46,877 nucleotides of DNA, taken from the NCBI RefSeq assembly GCF_006345805.1, contig NW_021834813.1, positions 1 to 46,877 of the forward strand, read 5' to 3'. Below the pieces are notes generated by a model, which saw only the letters and a program-made list of their open reading frames with translations, searched no databases and was not told where the DNA came from. Origin of the DNA: Octopus sinensis (lineage: Eukaryota). Numbering within the stretch: position 1 is the stretch's first letter; every line of letters starts with the position of its first letter. The position numbers and the translations under genes are program-made. Of this stretch, positions 25,655 to 38,312 are shown one piece after another.

Positions 25655-26090
25655 GAGTGAGAGAGCAGTTCATGCCATCAAGGCGACACTGGGGTAAAAT
25701 ATACGAAGCCCAATATACCCATCATGACTACCCGTCTGATAAAGGTACACCAGGCACATGCATCACAACCATATGTGCGCGACATGGTGATCTCATATCA
25801 AGATAAACAGCACATGACCTTGCAGGTGGGGGCCCAGTTAGAATTTTCTTCAGGTTGAGTAGCCCATCCCGCTCAAACGGTCCCTGAATAAGGATTGTTT
25901 AAGGATGTTGAAAGAACCACCCATGTTTCCAGAGGCGAACTATTCAAACCCCAAAGAATCCCTCTCAACACATGGCTATGATGCTCCCCCACTACTTCTG
26001 CTTGTGATCAGAGATGCACATATCGTCAGCCACTAAGGGACATGCTCAACTGGTTAAGGTCAAACAACTGACAAGCAAATCTGTGGTATT
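25655..26090 (-). mobile_element. Second copy of the (AAT)n-tailed retroelement 3' end
   Basis: Aligns by eye to 20289-20722 and has (ATT)n on both sides. Confidence 0.75.
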
Positions 26091-26115
26091 ATTATTATTA
26101 TTATTATCATTATTA

Positions 26116-26174
<59 letters not shown>

Positions 26175-27620
26175 GAGACAGCAAGCTGGCAGAATCATTG
26201 GCATGCCGGACAAAATGCTTAGCGGTATTGTGCACATCACTACATTCTGAGTTCAAATTCCACTGAGGTCAACTTTGCCTTTCAACCTTTCGGGGTCGAT
26301 AAATTAAGTACCAGTGAAACACTGGGGGTCAATGTAAACGACTAGTCCCCTCCCCACAAATTTGAGGCATTGTGCCTCCAGTAGAAAGGATTGGTATTAT
26401 CATCATCATCATCATCATTATTATTATTATTATTATTATCATAATTATAATTATTATTATTATTATTATCATTATTATTATTGTGATCATTATTATTATT
26501 ATTATTAATTTGGAAATGAACAGTTCAATACGGGTTGTTTTGGGCAGGCTGGTGCAGAAAGAGATTGCAAATGTATTTTTGAATCCTGTTCACAAGGGTA
26601 CCAGTGGAGCTGAAACTGATTGTAAAATGCCAGACCTGGTCTGATTAAAATCGTTTATAAATTCTGAAGGGTTTTTTGTAGCAACATTTTTCATGCAACT
26701 TTCTCTTTCTTGTGTTCATTGTTAATTCAATCAAAAACTGTAACAAATTGGTTTTCGAAAGAACTTCAAAAATTCACACACAAACACACACACACACACA
26801 TATATAAATTGACGTTTCTAAGTGTGTAAAAAGGTTCTACATGTATGTGTGTAAGAGTGTGTACATGTCTGTGTGTCAAATATGTACATACACACAGGCA
26901 CATACACAAATATATATTTTCTGTAAAGTGAGCATATTTAACCTATTTTAGATTATGTATGGGTGTATATATATGTATGTGTATACAGAATTATTTATGT
27001 ATGTACATATATTTACATATATATGTTTATTTGTTTATAATGTGTATATATGAATAGTTATGTTTATATATGTGTATATAGATGTATATACATATATGTA
27101 AGTATTTATGTATGTATGTATGTATGTATGTATGTATGTATATATATATATATATATATACGTATATATATATATATACAATGGTAGCAGTATTAAATTA
27201 AAATAGCTATCTATGTAACATACTTAATGTAAATACAACACCAAAGACAGATTTGTTGTGGCATTTGCCCAGAGATAACATCATTTCTGAAAATGTTGTA
27301 TTTCAAAATACAATATATACATATTGGCAAGAGATGAAAAATTCGCTCCAGGAGCAGGTGGAAAAAACACCAGGTGTATTTCAACTTTGTTGAATCCTGT
27401 TAGTGGTGTGTACGTAAAATCAGCTACAAGTGCTTATATGTATACATACATATATATATATGCACACACTCACAAACATACACACATATATATTATACAC
27501 ACATATATATATGCATATATATATACATTTATGTATGCATATATATATATATATACATATATATACACATATATACATATATATATACATATATGTATAC
27601 ATCTATATAACATATATATA

Positions 27621-27666
<46 letters not shown>

Positions 27667-28830
27667 TACATACATAATACTTACATATATGTATATACAT
27701 CTATATACACATATATACATACACACACATATATTTGAATGTATGTATGTACATATATATATATATTATTATAATATATATATATATATATGTATATGTA
27801 TATATATGCATGTATATATGGGTATTACGTATGACCAATAAAATTCGATGCAGTTTTCTACCTACCAAATTTCAGTTACAAGACTTTGAACAACCTGGGT
27901 CTGTTGTAGAAGGCATTTGTTTAAGACACTGTGCTCTAGGACTGAACATAAGAAATTGGTTACACACAGCCAGATTTTAAACTAATTTTTCGAAATATTT
28001 TTTTAAAACTACTTTTTTTTTCTCTCACTTTTTACTGAATCTTGCTACTATTAAAAATGGCATGTAGAATGGAAAGTATTTAAGGGAAATGATGTTAATC
28101 AAATACTAATTAATTAACTGCTGTGATTTTAATTTGAATTAATCTTAGATATTATGGACATCAATGAGAGAAATAGAAATACAAAATACAAATGCATCCT
28201 AGAGAGGTGGGGACAGGGGTCACACAAACAGGGCTGGGTTCCTCATTCAGTTTTTAATTGGTGCTCATCATAATCATCATCATTGTTTTAATATTTACTT
28301 TTCCATGCTCACATGGGTCAGACGGAATTTGTTGAGGTGGATTTTCCACAGCTGCATGCTCTTCCTGTTGCCAACCCATAGCTGTTTCCAAGCAAGGTAA
28401 TAATGTTTCCTCAGGTCCGGACATGTTTTTACAGAAGTTTGCTGAAGAGAGGGCGCTACTTGCAATGATGGTGACACCCATTTACAGCTATGATGGAATG
28501 TTATGAGAAAGAGACAGTAATACAAGCTCACAACACCACACACACATACACAAACACGCACACCACACATACACACAAACACTCAAGTACTGAGGTCAAT
28601 ATAACCAACCTCCTTGTCCCTCAAAATTGCTGGCATTCTGGCAAAATTAGGAAGAAATTAATATAATTACTATCACCATGAAGCCGGCAAGCTGGCAGAA
28701 TCATTAGTATGCCAGGCAAAACACTTAGTGGTATTTCATATGTATGTATGTGTGTATATATATATCTATATATGTATATGTATATATGTATATATATGTA
28801 TATATATATATGTATATAGATATGTATATA

Positions 28831-29229
28831 GGCGTAGGAGTGGCTGGGTGGTAAGTAGCTTGCTTACCAACCACATGGTTCCGGGTTCAGTTCCACTACG
28901 TGACACCTTGGGCAAGTGTCTTCTAGTATAGCCTCGGGCCGACCAAAGCCTTGTGAGTGGATTTGGTAGACGGAAACTGAAAGAAGCCTGTCGTATATAT
29001 GCATATATATATTTGTGTGCGTGTATGTTTGTCTGTCTGTGTTTGTCCCACTAGCATTCCTTGACAACCGATGCTGGTGTGTGTATGTCACCGTCACTTA
29101 GCGGTTCGACAAAAGAGACTGATAGAATAAGTATTGGGCTTACAAAGATGAGTCCCGGGGTCGAGTTGCTCGATTAAAGGCGGTACTCCAGCATGGCCGC
29201 AGTCAAATGACTGAAACAAATAAAAGAGA
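28831..29229 (+). mobile_element. Full-length tRNA-derived SINE with internal (TA/TG)n (third family)
   Basis: ggcgtaggagtggctg...ggttccgggttcagttcc head and gactgaaacaaataaaaga tail. Copies at about 2388-2740, 30620-31022, 39070-39410 and 40977-41387. Confidence 0.85.
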
Positions 29230-29275
29230 GTATATATATATATATATATGTATACATACATACATATATGCATAT

Positions 29276-29309
<34 letters not shown>

Positions 29310-29878
29310 GGATTTTACACATGACCAATAAAATTGAATGCAGTATAAAATTCAAGGCAGCCAGCTGGTAAAAACGTTAGTGCGCCTGGCGAAATTCTTC
29401 GGGGTCGATTAAATAAGTGCCAGTTATGCACTGGAAGCGATATAATTGACTTAATCCGTTTGTCTGTCCTCGTTTGTCCCCTCTCTGTGTAACTAGGTAT
29501 TTCATCTGTCTTTATGTTCTGAGTTCACATTCCGCCAAGGTGAACTTTGCCCTTAATCGTTTTGGAGTTGATAAAATAAGGACTAGTTGAGTACTGGGGT
29601 TAATGTAATCAGCTATCACCTTTCCCAAAATTTCAGGCCTTGTGCCTATATTAGAAAGGATTATTGTTATTATTATCATTCATTAGCTAGTATCAGAGAT
29701 ATTTAGATGTGAAATTATAAAATTTGAGAGCGAGTTATAAACAGTAGCGGTAACACATCATGATGCATATTTGCCATTTGAATATGGCTAACCCCTAAAG
29801 GTGGATGCTACTGTAGTTTGTAGCCCCAGGAAGATATCTCCTCCAGCTGGCTATAGACACACAATCTGTGTCCTCTCA

Positions 29879-30012
29879 GTATTTGTGAAGGGAAGTCATC
29901 CTCCCCGTTTTAAACTTATGATACACACGAACTCGAGTTTCAAGGTGTTTACCTATCTTCAGCGTGTGACAATCATGGTTGTCGACGAGAAGTCAGCTCC
30001 CTTCACAAATAC
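29879..30012. mobile_element. Small MITE with 15-bp perfect TIRs
   Basis: gtatttgtgaaggga (29879-93) and tcccttcacaaatac (29998-30012). Confidence 0.6.
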
Positions 30013-30619
30013 ATATACTTTTTCCAGTGTTGATTGACACTGATATTGAAAAAGTGAAATCAAACAATGATAAATCTCAGAGCGAGTTATAAACAGTAGC
30101 GGTAACACATCGTGATGCATAAAATTTGATTATTCTTTCATAAGACATTTTCACTTCATATTTCCATTTTACAAACACTCCTTTATCTCTGATATCCATG
30201 CTGCAATAACCACTCCTCATTGAAACAAGAAGGCTGTGTAGTACCTGAACCATCTATCTGTCTCTGCTCCCTTAATTATCCCCCGCTATGTTTCATCCCT
30301 TCAAACTTCCACACCAAACACTTTCCTTCCCAGAACAACAACACTCTTGAACGTACTCCCCCCACCAATACTTTCCCAATGAGAATCAACTTACAGAAGT
30401 TCAAATTAAAATATCAAATGAAATAAAAGTGAAAAGTGAATATAACAGGTTTTATGTTTTATTTTTAATTTATGAAAATGCCTCGTCTACTCTGCAATAT
30501 GTTTGTTTTGTGTCTGCTTTTACATACCAGCATGGGTCAGAAGAGGTTGTTTATGGCAGCGTTTTTTGTCAGGTCCTCTTATTATCACCAATTCGTTTAG
30601 TTGTCTTTTACAACATACA

Positions 30620-31022
30620 GGCGTAGGAATGGCTGTGTGATAAGTAGCTTGCTTATGAACCACATGGTTCTAGGTTAAGTCCCACTGCATGGCACCTTGG
30701 GCAAGTGTCTTCTACTATAACCTCGGGCCGACCAAAGCCTTGTGAGTGGATTTGGTAGACGGAAACTGAAAAAAGCCCGTCACATATCTGTATGTATATA
30801 TGTATGTGTGTGCATATGTTTGTATGTCTGTGCTTGTCCTTCCAACATCACTTGACAACCAATGCTGGTGTGTTTACATCCCCGTAACTTAGCAGTTCGA
30901 CAAAAGAGACCAATAGAATAAGTACTAGGCTTACAAAGAATAAGTCCTGGGGTCGATTTGCTCAACCAAAGGCAGTGATCCAGCATGGCCACAGTCACAT
31001 GACTGAAACAAATAAAAGAGTA
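30620..31022 (+). mobile_element. Full-length SINE (third family)
   Basis: Aligns end to end with 28831-29229. Confidence 0.85.
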
Positions 31023-31426
31023 AGCAAGCTACGTACCACACAGCCACTCTTATGATAACCATGCTAAAATAAATAGATTAATCAAAAAAATGTAAGATAT
31101 AATCCCAGGGAGATTTTAGCTGGTTGAGTCCTAGACCCTACTCGTTACACCACCCATCCTGTTACCTTTTCAACTCTGTCCTACCCTTTTTCTCAACCCT
31201 CTTAGTAATAACTTCCCATTCCCATTCCCTCCCATCCTCTTACCATCCTTTATTCCTCTGCCTAGAATTATTGCCCTCTCTCTTTTGTTCTTCAGATATA
31301 AAAGCCATTTTAGGATGGAGCTTAGCCTTACAAGTAATGAAGTTATCTTTACTTGTGCTGGTACCACAAAAAAAAAAGAAAAAAATCATCCAGCACACAC
31401 TGTAAAGTGGTTAGTTTTAGGAAGTA

Positions 31427-31998
31427 CAGGGTGTTCGGGATAAATTTGACAGTTTGCATCAAAGGCAGCAGGTGCAAACAATACCCCATCCAAAAATTTT
31501 AAATATTTTAAAAAGAATCAAGAAATAACTACTAGATTAGGGTTAGGATATAACAGTTTTCTCAAAGTAGTCACCCTCAGGTTCCACCTCGGCCACAAGA
31601 CAAGTCCAGAATCTAGCACATACATTCCTCACTGCAACCCTGAGAAGATTTTCAAATACCTCCTGGATATTTGCTGCCAGCTCGGCCTTGGTGTTGCAAG
31701 CAGACCAGTTGGTGTCTCTCAACTGGGCCCTACATATAGTAATCCATTGTATTACAATCAGGGAAACTGGGAAGGTTGAAACTGGGGCTAGTGAAGTCAT
31801 AGAAGTTCTCTAACAACCACTTGTGGCCCTTTCTGCAGGTACAGCAAAAAGCCAAATACTGCTGCCATTCATATGGCCATCCAACAGCAACCCTTTCCAA
31901 CCAGAATTTGTCTACAGTCTCCAGTAGCTTCACATTGCCATATGAATTGAGCCTAAAGCTCTGTTCAAAAGCGTGGGCTGACATGACATTACCTTCAC
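31427..31998 (-). mobile_element. Decayed Tc1/mariner DD37D (maT-type) transposon, 3' part with one TIR
   Basis: TA|CAGGGTGTTC end at 31425-31436. Transposase-like translation SEGNVMSAHAFEQSFRLNS..WLERVAVGWPYEWQQ(Y)LAF..SFPDCNTMDYY, then RDTN.SACNTKAEL..VAEVEPEGDYFE. There are 37 residues between the second-Asp position (mutated to Y) and the D of MDY. Frameshifted; no left TIR found. Confidence 0.85.
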
Positions 31999-32088
31999 TC
32001 TTTTCCAGTACTCAGATGGCTTCCAATCCTGCATGTTAGCTAATTTTTTCTCATCTTCAGCATAAATCTTTATGCTCTCCAACGCCAT
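31993..32088 (-). CDS. Candidate first coding exon (exon 32117-31993), MALESIKIYAEDEKKLANMQDWKPSEYWKRVK
   Basis: Acceptor cctgtttttttacag|G at 32118, donor AAG|gtaatg at 31992, and an in-frame upstream stop before the ATG. No homolog recognised. Confidence 0.3.
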
Positions 32089-33365
32089 TGACTGTTCACC
32101 AACACATCAAGGTGTTCCTGTAAAAAAACAGGAGACATAAAATATGAAATTTAGCTTGAATTCCTTGTAAATCTAATTGTAGAAACTAACACAGAAGACA
32201 TTGGTGCACATCACAGACCTCCAGGTTGTCAAATTCTGCCAAAACTCTCCGACTCATGGAAGCTGGATGATGATGAGTGATGAATAATGATGGGCAGTGG
32301 CAGCAGCCAATGTACAAGCTCTTTCAGGTGTAAGTCTTCTAGATGGTTAAGCAACTTTTATAATGGATTAGCAGTTAAGGGTGATGATCACCTCCTCCCA
32401 CTGCCACTCTAACTCCTTCCTATCTCACACCTGCAAAATTAGAAATAAGACATTTTCAGTTCAAATCCAGCCTAGAGATACATAACATATGAATAAATAA
32501 ATAAATAGACAGCATTTCAAGAAAACATTTCTGAGATTAAATTGATTCAAATGTAATGTAGCAGAGAAATATTTGAAAAATGAGATTGATAAAAAAGAAA
32601 AAAAAAAAAAAGAAAAATAACAGAAAAAGAAAAACAAGAATTCTTTGTTGTCATGGCAATAACTCATGTCAGAAGCACAGACAACTCATCAAAAAGTGTT
32701 CTTGTTAAGTTCCGAAAATGATTTTATCTTGCTAGATTTTGGCGCCGCTTCTCCAATAGCCTGGTAATTTTGAATTGTTTTTAGCAACAATAATTCATTC
32801 TAGAAATTCAGATGTACGATTAATTAGGAAATATAATTCAGATATGTATGAAGGTCGTTTATTTTAATTCTTTCGCATCACTGTATTGTATATTTTCAAT
32901 TGTACTTACGTTCTTTTATTTCGTTTTTTTCTTTCTTTTTTTTTTTTTTTGTTCGGTTCATTGAGAAATCAATATTTATTAGAGCAGCTCCCACTGCTGT
33001 TCTTCTTGCTGTGATTGCTGGTTAGCTCAAATGAGCCAGGTTTATCTACAGGGTCAGCCTCTATAATCCGGATATATAATCACAAACATTCCAACCATAA
33101 CCATCTCTTTTATTTTGCTTTGTTTTGTTTCGTTTCTTTTTAGTCTGACTGTATCTGGACTATATTATTATTTTTTTTTCAGTCATTGGACTGTTGCCAT
33201 GCTGGAACACTGCTTTGTAGCATTTAATCAATCATATTGATTACAAGTAGTTGTTAAATTGGGTTCTTATTTTATCATGCTCTATTTGTTGAACTGCTGC
33301 TTTACAGGACATAAACAAAAAGTGCCAAATTTTAAATGGTGCTGTGTAAAGACTGACAAGAAGAC

Positions 33366-33400
<35 letters not shown>

Positions 33401-33596
33401 GATATATACACAATGTATATATACACATATATATATACATATATATACACAGTATATATATATATCTATACATACACATATATACACAATATATATATAT
33501 ATATATAATATGTGTGTGTGTGTGTATAAATGCACACACATGCAAACTTGCATTTGCACACACAGACATTCATACAAACAAATATGTATACATATA

Positions 33597-33634
<38 letters not shown>

Positions 33635-33663
33635 TATATATATATATATGCATGTATATATAT

Positions 33664-33699
<36 letters not shown>

Positions 33700-33851
33700 G
33701 CATGTATATATATGTATATATGCATGTATATGTGTGTATATATATATGCATATATACATATGTGTGTGTATAATATATATATATATATATGCATGTATGC
33801 ATATACATGCATATATATATATATGTATATATGTATATATGCATATACATG

Positions 33852-33894
<43 letters not shown>

Positions 33895-34444
33895 GCATAT
33901 ATATATGCATATGTACGTATATATGTGTGTGTGTGTTTATATATATGACTATATGTAAACCTGTTTTCTATTTGTTAAAATGCTCACTTTTCAGTATTTG
34001 TATGGATCAAGTGGAATTCATTGAGGTACATTTTCTATGCCTAGATGTATTTATTTTTGTCATCAATCCTCACCTGTTTCAAAGAAAGGTAAATTGTCCT
34101 TATGTCCAGACATGTTTCCACAGAACATTAGTAAGAAATAACACTGCTTGTAAGGTGGTGACATTCGTCTGCAACTGTCACTTCCGTTACAGACCTTCCG
34201 ACTTGATCTCCTGTCCAAAGTTAACTTCCTGCTGTCCTCCTACGAATCACAGTAACCCTCGAAAAGATCTTGGGAACATTCGAATCACCGAAGCCCAAAT
34301 TCTATATTTGATTGAACATATATTAGTATACACATAAGCAGAAGTAAGAAAGAAACTGATGCACAGTATGTTAACAGGGTAAGCATGAAATAAAATAGCA
34401 ATAGATTTAAACACAAAACAAACTTTAATATTCTCTACTTCTGT

Positions 34445-35925
34445 CTGACCTTTTCATTTCATAGTTTTAGAACTCTGAACAAGTGTGGTCCCTGTTAGCC
34501 ACTTTTTGATGACATGGTGATAAATCTTACAAAACTTTTATAGTTTCTCTGTCACCACCAACTCATCTTAGCAGCATTGTATTGGTTTTTATGTTATTTT
34601 AAACTTTAAACAAAAGACCCCTGTACCAAGGTTAGCTAGAAGTCTTCTGTTGGCATGGCAACAGGTTTTTTTATGATTCTAGTAGTTTACCCTACAGTCA
34701 GCTCATATCAGCTTGGCTTGATTGGTTTTCCTGTGGAATAAAACTTTAAATGACTGGTTTCTGGCCAAAATTAGAGGTATTTCACTGTAATGGGAATGTA
34801 TTCTTTGGAATCCTGTTATATTCGCAGACACCATTTATTTCTGTTGGGCTGGAACTGTTTTTTCTTTCATTGAAAATTTGGAACATGTAATCTCTATACT
34901 TAAGACAGTCGTAGCTTGTCGGCATAATGTTGAGCTCAGTGAAATGCTATTGATTACACTATGGTCCACCATCTATCTTTGTGGATTCACTGGTTTTCTT
35001 GTAGTTCTAACTTTGAGCAAATGGTCCCTGTGCAAGAGATACTGAAATTATTTTGGTATGACAACATATTCCTTGGATTTGTTATTTCCCCTGAAACCAA
35101 TTTTTATTTTATTCTAGCTGTCCTGTAGTTTAACCCTTTTGCTATCATGTTTCTGTTGCAATACATCCCTTTGTTTTAATTAAGTTTGAAAATAATGAAG
35201 AATTTAATAAATTAAATTTGATTTTAGTTAAGCTGGAATTTGAAACAGAAATTAACATGAAATTTTTGATCGCTGATTTGAATCTAGAATATTTTAAAGC
35301 TGATTGTATTATAGAAGGTGGCAGGTTGATATCAAAAGGGTTAAAACTTTGAATTAGTGGTCCAGTGCCAAAGACAGAATTTAATGGCCTGAAGACTGGT
35401 TTCTAAAATTCCTTTGTCTATTTTCTCTGTAACCACCAACTTATCTACGGTGGGTTGGTTTCATTTTTCTGTAGTTTAAAACTTTGAACAAATGGTCCCT
35501 ATACCGAAGAAAGATGGATTTTATTGGCATTAAACTGGTTTCTGAGAATCCTGTTATTTTCCCCTGTGACTGCCAACTAATCTGTACTGGGTTGCATTGG
35601 TCATCCTGTAGTTTAAAACTGTGAGTGGTCCCTATACCGAAGAAAGATGGATTTTATTGGAATGCTGAATGGTTCCTAAAAATCCTGTTATTTTCCCCTG
35701 TGATCACCAAGTCATCCAAACTGGATTACGTTGGTCATCCTGTAGTTTAAAACTTTGAATTAGTGGTCCCTGCACCGAAGAAAAATGGATCCTATTGGCA
35801 TACAGACTGGTTCCTAAAAATCTTATTATTTTCCCACTGATTAGCAACTAATCTATGCTGGGTTGTGGTTGGTTGTTCTGTAGTTTAAAACCTTGAACAA
35901 GTGGTCCCTGTACCGAAGAATGTTG
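34445..35925. repeat. Degenerate tandem array of about ten ~135-bp units
   Basis: The unit start tgtagtttaaaac recurs at 35124, 35470, 35607, 35741 and 35879 (135 after removing the MITE, then 137, 134, 138 bp). More diverged units continue left to ~34445. Confidence 0.8.
35134..35340. mobile_element. piggyBac-type MITE with TTAA target-site duplication
   Basis: TTAA(35130-33)-CCCTTTTGCTATCA ... TGATATCAAAAGGG-TTAA(35341-44). 14-bp TIR with one mismatch. Removing it restores the tandem-repeat unit tgtagtTTAAaactttgaa. Confidence 0.85.
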
Positions 35926-36365
35926 TTTTCTATCAACAAAATGAATTTTTCTCAGCAAAAAAAAAATAAAAAAAGAACCCAGCACTTTTTCCCTCTATTT
36001 TTCCACCCTGATGTGAATCAGATGATGCAACACAAATAAAACTGGTAATATTTTCAGTTTTCTTTCCACTACTATTCAAAAATTAAAAAAAAAAAAACTT
36101 TATTTATTTCACAATGATTTGAAGATTAATTTGTTCTTCATATTAGATTAATTAATTAATTTTACAACATTTCATAATTATGATACACAGCTGGATTGAT
36201 AGCATATTTTATATACCACATAACTATTTTCTTTAGATGATTTCATAACGATTAATTAATTTCCATGGTAGATATTAATTAACCATTTAATAAATATCTT
36301 ACCCTAACAAATAGATAACTCACCAATCCGTCACATTTCGTTTTGGTTTTTCCAGCAGGTGGATC

Positions 36366-36455
36366 ATGAATCTAGAACTGTAAATTAATTATATATATAT
36401 ATATATAATATATATATATATATAATTAATTTACTGTTCTAGATTCTAGATTCAT
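36366..36455. repeat. Inverted repeat flanking a (TA)n tract
   Basis: atgaatctagaactgtaaattaatt-(TA)n-aattaatttactgttctagattctagattcat. One mismatch and a 7-bp duplication in the right arm. Confidence 0.85.
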
Positions 36456-36563
36456 ATATATATGTATTATGTATATATATATGTATATAGATATATATGC
36501 ATGTATGTATGCATATGTATGTATGTATGTATACATGTATGGATGTAGGTATATATGTGTGTG

Positions 36564-36600
<37 letters not shown>

Positions 36601-36611
36601 GTATGTGCATA

Positions 36612-36653
<42 letters not shown>

Positions 36654-36896
36654 TATTATTACTTAAAACAGTTTGACTTGGTCCCTTACAACTTAAAGTC
36701 TTATAGGTTTCTTAAAGAAATCTAGCTTATTTAAGCTCAGCAAACCAAGTCAGTTATTTGATCCCTAAACAAGCTAGGTTTCTGTAAGGACCCTATGAAA
36801 CCTTATGGAGCTGAATCAAATTGATTTTAAAAACAACATATATAACTCCTACTTAATGTGTTGGAGTCTCTCTTTCTTTTATTTGTCCACTCATTT

Positions 36897-36952
<56 letters not shown>

Positions 36953-37182
36953 ACATAAATTTGTAGTGCAATATATGGATTCATAGAATCCTATGGCAAT
37001 CACAGAAAGCTCCCTCTAGTGGACCCATCCACTCAAGGAGTTATAATTTATTACACACTAAAATTATCATTAAATGATGAAGGCTGCGTAACGACCATAA
37101 TCCTATGGATATCAAGTGTTTAAATAAATATATTCATCTCTCACACCCTGATTTTTTATGGTCTATATACATATATATACAT

Positions 37183-37272
<90 letters not shown>

Positions 37273-37318
37273 ATATATATTATATATATATATATATATA
37301 TACTATATATATATATAA

Positions 37319-37360
<42 letters not shown>

Positions 37361-37675
37361 ATATGTATACATAGACATACATACATGCATACATATATAT
37401 ATATAATATATATATATATATATCAACTGAACCCATCTCTTAAGGATTATAAATTACACCAATGCACTCCAGTCAAATTTATTTCTTGCACCCTAATGAC
37501 TTTTCGGTTGACATTATTATGTTATTTACAGGCCTAGTAAACTGGTGCTGTGGAGAGTCAAGTGCCTTTGCTTAAGAGACTTTATACTGGACACTAAGGA
37601 TAAATGAAAAAGCCACAGGTGTTTTTTCTTCTCTTTTTCTTCTTTTCTTTTCCTACTTTTGGTCGTTGGACTTAC

Positions 37676-37702
37676 GCAACCCCAATTTCAAGACATGGCC
37701 AG
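37676..37702 (-). other. Candidate 27-nt microexon
   Basis: ttagttatttatttcacag|CTGGCCATGTCTTGAAATTGGGGTTGC|gtaagt. Strong sites on both sides, frame-preserving length, unique sequence. Confidence 0.35.
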
Positions 37703-38278
37703 CTGTGAAATAAATAACTAACCAGAGTGATTAACGGAGTTAAAAATATATACATAAATAATAATTAAACATTTGAAATTTTATTGATTTTATTATCTTT
37801 TAGTTTATCTTCAGGTTAACTGCTTTTGTTGTTTTTGATGTTGTTCTACTGGAGTTAAAGGTATCGACTAATCCTGCCCTCTCAAAACTACTGGCCCTTT
37901 GCCCATATCGAAAGCCATTATCCAAATCCTACCAAAGATAACTGTCTTTCACCCTTCTAGAGTCAGTTGTTGATGCTAGGAAGGGCATCCAGCTGTAGAA
38001 ACCTTGCCAGATCAGATTATAACCTGGTGCCAGCCGCTGGCTTGCCAATCCTCAGTCAAACCGTCCACCCATGCAGTATGGAAAGTGGACATTATGCAAT
38101 GATAGATGATGATGATGATGATAATAATGATGATGATGATGATGATGATGGTGGTGATGATATATATATATAAACTTAAATTTAGAAACTTAATTTAAAT
38201 GTTACGCCTAATTTTAAGAATCAATTTATATAAATCTTTATATATATATATATACACACACATATATATATTACATAT

Positions 38279-38312
<34 letters not shown>

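Noticed and set aside
31244-31357. 114-nt candidate minus-strand exon with a strong poly-T acceptor
   Set aside because: The acceptor derives from a decayed retroposon poly-A run, and joining it to the neighbouring candidate exons creates immediate stops.
33789-34337. 182-aa ORF
   Set aside because: It starts in (TA)n and runs through a SINE-like fragment. Only the last ~45 codons are unique, and they resemble nothing I recognise.
34445-35925. Array as a coding repeat or an H/ACA snoRNA cluster
   Set aside because: One unit is open on the minus strand, but neighbouring units are frameshifted or contain stops. ANANNA and ACA words are present, but I found no 3' hairpin abutting the ACA.
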